This document shows, one piece after another, positions 58,249-64,000 of a DNA stretch of 64,000 bases. This stretch comes from Trueperaceae bacterium (GTDB lineage: Bacteria > Deinococcota > Deinococci > Deinococcales > Trueperaceae), in contig OZ243913.1 in NCBI GenBank assembly GCA_965213705.1, forward strand, positions 1,984,001 to 2,048,000. Direction: 5' to 3'. Every line of letters begins with the position of its first letter. Within the stretch, counting starts at the first letter, position 1. Below the pieces are notes generated by a model, which was not told the DNA's origin, ran no database searches, and saw only the letters and a list, made by a program, of their open reading frames with translations. The position numbers and the translations under genes are program-made.

Positions 58249-59356
58249 TTACGCCTCCTACTTGCGCCTGCGGCGCTCGTTCTGTGCCTAAACTCTCTAA
58301 GTAAGCGACCAACGCCGTGATTTCCTCATCCCGCTTGGGGTCGTCGGGACTCCACAGGGTCGGCATGTAGTTACCCGGCTTGACCGCTTGCGGGTTGGCA
58401 AGCCACAAGGCCAAGTTGTCCGGCGTGTTGTCTATAACGCCCGCCGCCAGCGACGTGCGCAACCCGAAGTTCGTCAGGTCGGGTTTGTCGGGTGCGCCGC
58501 CCGCATACCCCCGCACGCTATGACAAGACGCGCAGCCTTTTTGCTTGAACAGTTGCTGTCCCGCCTCGACGAGCGGGTCGGCCTGGACTCGCTGCACCGG
58601 GGGTTGGCCGACTTGTTGCTGCAGCGGCGTGATGTCTTGAAACGAGGCCAGCCACGCGTCGTAGTCGGCGGGTGTGTCGACGACGACGCGCATCCGCATG
58701 TAGGCGTGCGCGCCCAAACACAGTTCGGCACACTCGCCGTAGTACACGCCCAACGGTGTATTTTCGTCGGTGGTGAACCAGAGTTGGTTTTGCTGGTTGG
58801 GGATAAGGTCCGTTTTGCCCGCGAGTTTGGGCACCCAAAAGCTGTGGAGCACGTCGCCCGAGTCGAGGTTCAAGATGACTCGAGCCCCCTGCGGAACGTG
58901 GATTTCGTTGGCGGTAAGCACACCCTCGTTGGGATACTCAAAAGCCCACCACCACTGCCAGCCGGTCACGTTGACGACCACGTCTTCGTCGGTCGGAACG
59001 GCGCGTACCCCGGTCGTAAAGTTGGTGCGTACCGACGGTATGGCGACAGCGACGGCGATGCCCGTCGCCGCCAAAATCAAACTTATCTCAATAAACGCGT
59101 TGCCGTGAACTTGCTTTGGAATGCTGTCGTCACCGGGCTTGGCGCGGTAGCGGACGATGGCGTAAACCAGCACGCCGCCCACGCCGACCAAAACCGGTAC
59201 GCTCCACCATAATGCGTACCAAAATAGCCCCATCTGCTCCCTGGCGACAAAAGCTTGGGGGTCGAGCGCCGACTGAACGGTATCGAGCGCACAGCCCCCG
59301 AGCAGCGCCACGGCAACGAGGGCGACGCCGAACGTCAGCCACCTCTTTTTTAGCAC
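58238..59356 (-). CDS. ctaC: Cytochrome c oxidase subunit II with fused cytochrome c (caa3 type)
   Basis: Lipobox LGGC, QWWW.FEY, DVLHSFW.P, CAELC...H..M CuA site, CASCH haem c; GTG 59356 after AAGGAGGAG. Confidence 0.93.
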   Translation of the reverse strand: MLKKRWLTFGVALVAVALLGGCALDTVQSALDPQAFVAREQMGLFWYALWWSVPVLVGVGGVLVYAIVRYRAKPGDDSIPKQVHGNAFIEISLILAATGIAVAVAIPSVRTNFTTGVRAVPTDEDVVVNVTGWQWWWAFEYPNEGVLTANEIHVPQGARVILNLDSGDVLHSFWVPKLAGKTDLIPNQQNQLWFTTDENTPLGVYYGECAELCLGAHAYMRMRVVVDTPADYDAWLASFQDITPLQQQVGQPPVQRVQADPLVEAGQQLFKQKGCASCHSVRGYAGGAPDKPDLTNFGLRTSLAAGVIDNTPDNLALWLANPQAVKPGNYMPTLWSPDDPKRDEEITALVAYLESLGTERAPQAQVGGVNGD

Positions 59357-59491
59357 ATTCTCCTCCTTTTTCCACTTCGAGATACCCAACGCTGAAATAC
59401 CTGCAAGGCGTGACCAACCCGAGTCTTTGGGCTTAAATGTAACACAGGTTTTGGCAGCGTGTCGTAGGGCATTTGTCCCGTCGGCAACACC

Positions 59492-60997
59492 CTAAACGAC
59501 TTCTCGGTAGCTTACGGCTTCGGCCAGGTGACTTTCCGTAATGGCGTTTTCATTTGCTGAACTTTCACTCGACAGGTCGGCGATGGTCCGCGCCACGCGC
59601 AGCAAGCGGTCGTAGCCGCGGCCCGACAGGGAGAGTTGCTTGATAATCGCGCGTGCGAACGCTTCAGGGCCTGCACCTAAACGCGCGTGTTTGCGCAACG
59701 CTTGCCCCGTCAGGTGCGCGTTCGCCACGCCTTGGCGCTCGACGGCCAGGGTGCGCGCCGCGGCGACGCGAACCCGCAACGTTTCGCTACTTTCGCCCGG
59801 CGGCGCGCGCAACAGGTCGTCGGCCGATAGGCGCGGCACGCTGAAACGCAGGTCGATGCGGTCGAGGAGCGGCCCGCTGATGCGGTCGCGGTAGCGCTGG
59901 CGCAACGTCGGGGTACACGAGCAGGCTTGCTGGCTGTCGCCGAAATAGCCGCACTGGCAGGGATTTTGGCTGGCGACAAGCATGAAGCGAGCCGGAAAGG
60001 TTAGCGAGGCTCGAGCCCGGCTGATGGTGACGATGCCGTCTTCTAAGGGTTGGCGCAGGACCTCCAGGGCCTTACGGCTGAATTCGGGAAACTCGTCCAA
60101 AAACAGCAAACCGCGGTGGGCCAGGCTCACCTCGCCGGGTTTGGGAATGTTGCCGCCGCCGATAAGCCCGGCGTCCGACACCGTGTGGTGCGGCGCGCGA
60201 AAGGGCGGGTGCTGGACGAGGCCGTGGCGGCTGAGCAGCCCGGCTGTGGAGTGGATGCGCGTGACCTCGACGGCCTCGGCGCGGTTTAGGGGCGGCAAGA
60301 TGCCGGGCAGTCGCCGCGCCAACATCGTCTTGCCCGAGCCGGGTGGGCCGGTCATGAGGACGTTGTGACCGCCGGCGGCGGCAATCTCGAGCGCCCGTTT
60401 GGCCGCCGCCTGGCCCTTGACGTCTTGAAAGTCTTGAAAGCGTTCTTCTTGCACGGCCGCGTCGGGGTGAGCGGGCTCGAGCCTTTTCTCACCGCGCAAA
60501 AACTGCACGACCTCCAACAGGGTCGCCGGCGCGTACACCTCGACCTCGTCCAGAACCGCGGCTTCGGCGGCGTTGTCGGGCGGCACCAGCAGACGCCTTA
60601 TGCCGGCCCCGGCGCAGTACAGGGAAATGTTGATAGCGCCCCGCACGGGCCGAATCGCCCCGTCGAGCGCAAGTTCGCCGGCGATAATCGTGGCCTGCAG
60701 CGCCGCCTGCGGCACCACGCCCTGCGCCGCCAACACCGCCACGGCTATGGGCAGGTCGAAGGCGGGACCCTCTTTGCGCACGTCGGCGGGGGCTAAGTTG
60801 ACGACGATGCGGCTCGCAGGAAAGGGAAAACCGGCGTTTTTGATGGCGGCGCGCACGCGCTCTTTGGACTCTTGCACGGCCGCGTCCGGCAGGCCGACGA
60901 CCATGACGGCAGGTAAACCGCCCGCGACGTCGACCTCGACCTGAACCTCGTAAGCGTCGACGCCGAAAACCGCGGCGGACGTGACTTTGGCAAGCAT
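59492..60997 (-). CDS. comM: YifB/ComM Mg-chelatase-like AAA+ ATPase
   Basis: [63 protein letters not shown]. Confidence 0.92.
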   Translation of the reverse strand: MLAKVTSAAVFGVDAYEVQVEVDVAGGLPAVMVVGLPDAAVQESKERVRAAIKNAGFPFPASRIVVNLAPADVRKEGPAFDLPIAVAVLAAQGVVPQAALQATIIAGELALDGAIRPVRGAINISLYCAGAGIRRLLVPPDNAAEAAVLDEVEVYAPATLLEVVQFLRGEKRLEPAHPDAAVQEERFQDFQDVKGQAAAKRALEIAAAGGHNVLMTGPPGSGKTMLARRLPGILPPLNRAEAVEVTRIHSTAGLLSRHGLVQHPPFRAPHHTVSDAGLIGGGNIPKPGEVSLAHRGLLFLDEFPEFSRKALEVLRQPLEDGIVTISRARASLTFPARFMLVASQNPCQCGYFGDSQQACSCTPTLRQRYRDRISGPLLDRIDLRFSVPRLSADDLLRAPPGESSETLRVRVAAARTLAVERQGVANAHLTGQALRKHARLGAGPEAFARAIIKQLSLSGRGYDRLLRVARTIADLSSESSANENAITESHLAEAVSYREVV

Positions 60998-61127
60998 GGT
61001 TTCAGCCTATCGTGAACGGTCTCTTTCTACAGCGCGACCTTTTCACACTGCGAGTTTGATTCACACTGCGACTCTAACGGTTTAATTTGATTAAAAGCGC
61101 GCGCAGCCGTACTTCTGTTTAAGCGTG

Positions 61128-61589
61128 CTATTGCTTGATAATGTGGCTGAGGATACAAGGCGGCTTACCCCTGACCTCGACACCCTCGAGGCAGGGCGAA
61201 CTGAAATAAGGTTCGTTATAAACCACGCCGACACTAACGCTCGGCACCAGCACACCCTCCGCTGAGATGTAACCTATCTCTTCGCCCGCTGCACCGTAGC
61301 ACCACGCTTCCGCTTTGACTCGGTCCCCTTGGTCTATGCCGTCCCGAAGTTTATTCTCGGCATAGTTTTCGCCGAGCGGCACGACGGGACTCGCGAACAT
61401 GACTGTAGCTCCAGACATCAAGCGACCTTTTAAGCCCCCTGTGCAGATAGTCGCATTGGCCTCCGGCCCATTGAATACTTGATAGCCGATGGTGCCACCC
61501 AGCTCTGTCGGCCCTATACAGCCGGAGAGCATAAGCAGGAGCAGACTGATAAGTGCTGACAAACTAAAGAGAACACTTTTCCATTTCAC
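61128..61589 (-). CDS. Hypothetical lipoprotein, lower GC
   Basis: Basic N-terminus, hydrophobic core and lipobox LSGC; four further Cys. Confidence 0.65.
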   Translation of the reverse strand: MKWKSVLFSLSALISLLLLMLSGCIGPTELGGTIGYQVFNGPEANATICTGGLKGRLMSGATVMFASPVVPLGENYAENKLRDGIDQGDRVKAEAWCYGAAGEEIGYISAEGVLVPSVSVGVVYNEPYFSSPCLEGVEVRGKPPCILSHIIKQ

Positions 61590-61720
61590 GCTGAATCCAA
61601 TCTCGCGTTCCTGTTCCGTGTTGACGTGGTGAGTATCTTACACTACACTCTAACTGCCCCCTGTCCGTAGTAGGCAGTGACTTCAAGCAACGGGGGCGCG
61701 CACTATGGAAGGTTTTAACA

Positions 61721-62017
61721 ATGATTAAGAAGCAACACGTCAAAAGCCGCAACGTCACCAAAGTAACTTTCGAACTTCCCGCCGACCTAGAAGCCGACGC
61801 CGTTCACCTGCTCGCCGACTTCAACAGCTGGCAACCCGTCGCTTTTGAAAAACTGAAAAGTGGTAAGTGGAAATTGCTGCAAGAAGTCACGGAAGGCAGC
61901 TACCAGTTTCGCTACATGGTCGACCACGAAGGCCACCACCACTTTATGAACGACCCCGAGGCCGACGACACCGTACCCAACGACAAGGGCACCGAAAACG
62001 CCGTCCTGAACTGCTGA
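61721..62017 (+). CDS. Isoamylase early-set (CBM48-like) domain protein
   Basis: KVTFELP...V.L.ADFNSW...KLKSG.W...YQFRY.VD...NDPEAD..VPN..G.EN.VL. Confidence 0.85.
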   Translation: MIKKQHVKSRNVTKVTFELPADLEADAVHLLADFNSWQPVAFEKLKSGKWKLLQEVTEGSYQFRYMVDHEGHHHFMNDPEADDTVPNDKGTENAVLNC

Positions 62018-62213
62018 ACCTGGTAACGGCTGTGAACAAGACGTTGGACGTGCATAGGATGTTGGCGCAGCGTCTTTGCAAGACTTTTCTTTTGGAAGCG
62101 CCCTGAAACTTTCAGTGCCGCGCAAGCCGCTCCGATAAGTTCTTAACACCCTGTACGACGTCCGAGCCTTTTTAAGGCGTTCGGTCGAGAGTGTTGCTGA
62201 GCTTGATGTGAGG

Positions 62214-62570
62214 TCAACTCGAGTCGCCGCTTTTTAGGCTGCGCCATACCTTAAAAGCGGCGACGGCCTTGGGGAAACCGACGAACATGGCCGCGTGCAG
62301 CAGGGTCTCCTTGATTTCTGTTGGCGTTGCGCCGCAGTTGAGCGCGCCGTAGAGGTGCGTTTTCAGCTCGGCCTCGCTGCCCACGCCGACCAGGTGCGCA
62401 ACCGCTAGCAATTCTTTTGTTTTCAGCTCGAGCCCGGGCCGGTCAAACACACCGTAAGCGACGTTGACGACGAGGTCGGCCAAGTCCGGGTCGAGGTCGT
62501 ACAGTGCGGCCTCCAGGGCTTTAGCCTTTTCTCCCCAAACCTGCGTTTTGACGCTCTCAGCGGTTTGTGC
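62214..62570 (-). CDS. Carboxymuconolactone decarboxylase family protein (start unclear)
   Basis: AYG.FDRPGLELKTKEL, H..GALNCGATP.EI.E, FVGFP; frame stays open from TTG 62483 up to the thiN stop codon. Confidence 0.75.
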   Translation of the reverse strand, partial: AQTAESVKTQVWGEKAKALEAALYDLDPDLADLVVNVAYGVFDRPGLELKTKELLAVAHLVGVGSEAELKTHLYGALNCGATPTEIKETLLHAAMFVGFPKAVAAFKVWRSLKSGDSS

Positions 62571-63221
62571 TTACCTAAACTCGGCTCTTAAAGTGGGTTC
62601 GATAACCAGGGTGACGAGTCCGGCGTCCACGGTGACCCTGAGCGGCGGCTCGGCGACGCGGTTGGACACACCCAAACCGACGCCAAAGGGGAGAGGGGCG
62701 CGCTCGAGGTCGAACTGAGACCCCCGCACGCTCACCGTCGACGTTTCGGCCAAGCTGAGCAGGCTGAAGAGTTGGCCGGGTTCCAAGGGGCTTGAGTGCG
62801 AGCTGCCTCCCGCCAGCAAAAAAACCTCTTGCCGACCGTTGTGGAGAGACACCGTCAAGCCGTCTCGAGCGTACCTAGCGCCAATAAAAACGGCGGCGAG
62901 CGACTGGTCGAAGCGTTCGCCCAGCGTCCCGACGAGTACAAGGTCTTTCGCGCCGCGCGCCACGGCTTGCGCGATAGCGAGTTCTAAGTCGAGTTCGTCC
63001 TTGTCGACAGGGTGGCGCAGACGCGGCACCTCCGCAAACCTCGTCAGCACCTCCGGTGACACCGAATCGAAGTCGCCGACGACGAGGTCGGGACGCAAAC
63101 CGAGGGAACCGGCGTGCCGCAGACCGCCGTCGGCAGCTACGACGAAGTCGGCTTGCCGGGTCTGCGCCACAAGCCGAGGCGTCACGACGACGTCGCTGCC
63201 CGCCAAGATGACGGCTTTCAT
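62571..63221 (-). CDS. thiN: Thiamine diphosphokinase
   Basis: VAADGG, PDLVVGDFDS, KDELDLELA, G.R.DQ.L, GVSN. Confidence 0.92.
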   Translation of the reverse strand: MKAVILAGSDVVVTPRLVAQTRQADFVVAADGGLRHAGSLGLRPDLVVGDFDSVSPEVLTRFAEVPRLRHPVDKDELDLELAIAQAVARGAKDLVLVGTLGERFDQSLAAVFIGARYARDGLTVSLHNGRQEVFLLAGGSSHSSPLEPGQLFSLLSLAETSTVSVRGSQFDLERAPLPFGVGLGVSNRVAEPPLRVTVDAGLVTLVIEPTLRAEFR

Positions 63222-63242
63222 ACCGTTACGTCCAGACTCTCA

Positions 63243-64000
63243 CTACACCGTCTCGGCAGCGGCTTCGGGCAGCTCGAGCCAGGCCTGCGCGGGGATGTCC
63301 AGTGCAACCCGGTCGCCGACCTTGAGTGCGGAGGGCAGTTCGCGGGTGTAGCCCTGCCAGCGCAAACTGAGCCCGAGTTGCGGGACGTTGAGCCACAGCT
63401 GGTGGACGCCCCCCAACACCTGGTGGGCCTGCACGTCCGCGGTATACGCGCCGCGGCCCAAACCGACCAAGTCGGTGCGCAAGACCGCCGGGCCGCCGAG
63501 TTGCGGCACGCGCTCGAGCTGCCGGGCGCTGTAGAGGTTGGGGTGACCCAAAAACTGCGCGACCCAGCGCGTCGCGGGTTGGTGGTACAGCTCGTTCTGG
63601 CGCGCCACCTGGATGATTTCACCCCGCCGCATAACAGCGATGCGGTGGGCCAGGGCGAACGCCTCGCCCTGGTCGTGGGTTACGTAGACGGCGCGGATGT
63701 CAAGCTTGGACAGGATAAAACGCAGTTCCCGTTTGAGGTTCTCGCGCAGGGTCATGTCGAGGTTGGAAAGCGGCTCGTCGAGCAGTAGGATGGGCGGGCG
63801 CGGCGCCAAGGCTCGAGCCAGGGCGACGCGCTGCTGTTCGCCGCCGGACAGCTCATAAATGCGCCGGGCACCGTAGTCCTTCAGGCCGACGAGGTCCAGG
63901 AGTTCCGCGACCCGCTCCCGCTTGACCGCGCCGCTCATACCGGTCAGTCCGAACATGACGTTCTTGGCTACGCTCAGGTGGGGAAACAGGGCGTAGTCCT
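63243..64000 (-). CDS. ABC transporter ATP-binding protein (thiamine/Fe3+ type); N-terminus outside the window
   Basis: DYALFPHLSV, LSGGEQQRVALARALA, LLLDEP, YVTHDQGEA. Confidence 0.9.
   Translation of the reverse strand, partial: DYALFPHLSVAKNVMFGLTGMSGAVKRERVAELLDLVGLKDYGARRIYELSGGEQQRVALARALAPRPPILLLDEPLSNLDMTLRENLKRELRFILSKLDIRAVYVTHDQGEAFALAHRIAVMRRGEIIQVARQNELYHQPATRWVAQFLGHPNLYSARQLERVPQLGGPAVLRTDLVGLGRGAYTADVQAHQVLGGVHQLWLNVPQLGLSLRWQGYTRELPSALKVGDRVALDIPAQAWLELPEAAAETV

Overview
Chromosomal window from a GC-rich member of Deinococcota, most likely Truepera-like. This is inferred from a DdrH-like gene, many leaderless TANNNT-N5-7-start genes and a Thermus-type FadR box. Housekeeping and metabolic genes include a branched-chain ABC transporter, scpA, ctpA, tdk, gabD, birA, crtI, mgsA, malate synthase, xdhABC with other purine-catabolism genes, acyl-CoA dehydrogenase, rodA, two CNNM/CBS proteins, a caa3-type oxidase operon, comM/yifB and thiN. 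No rRNA, tRNA, CRISPR array, transposase or prophage was seen. The best candidate for an undescribed system is at 8.9-13 kb. There an unannotated 41-aa signal-peptide ORF (10295-10420) converges on a large TPR plus wHTH/BTAD-type regulator. It shares a divergent promoter, carrying four phased TG(C/T)TAAC heptamers, with an HD-GYP response regulator. The arrangement suggests a peptide-signalling (quorum-sensing-like) circuit. A second candidate (35.7-43.2 kb) is an ECF sigma/anti-sigma module with three copies of a TGCATCCAAA-N13-CGTTWC promoter; its anti-sigma shares an Ig-like domain with a giant three-propeller lipoprotein. Other observations: an HTH-NTPase-TPR gene divergent from a GemA-like gene, an AbrB-PIN TA module flanked by a duplicated host-gene 3' end, an ApeA/HEPN gene inside the xdh operon, an allE pseudogene, a probable CTG start codon, and strong CTCGAG enrichment with GATC avoidance. 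All calls are from motif recognition by eye; no database search was run.
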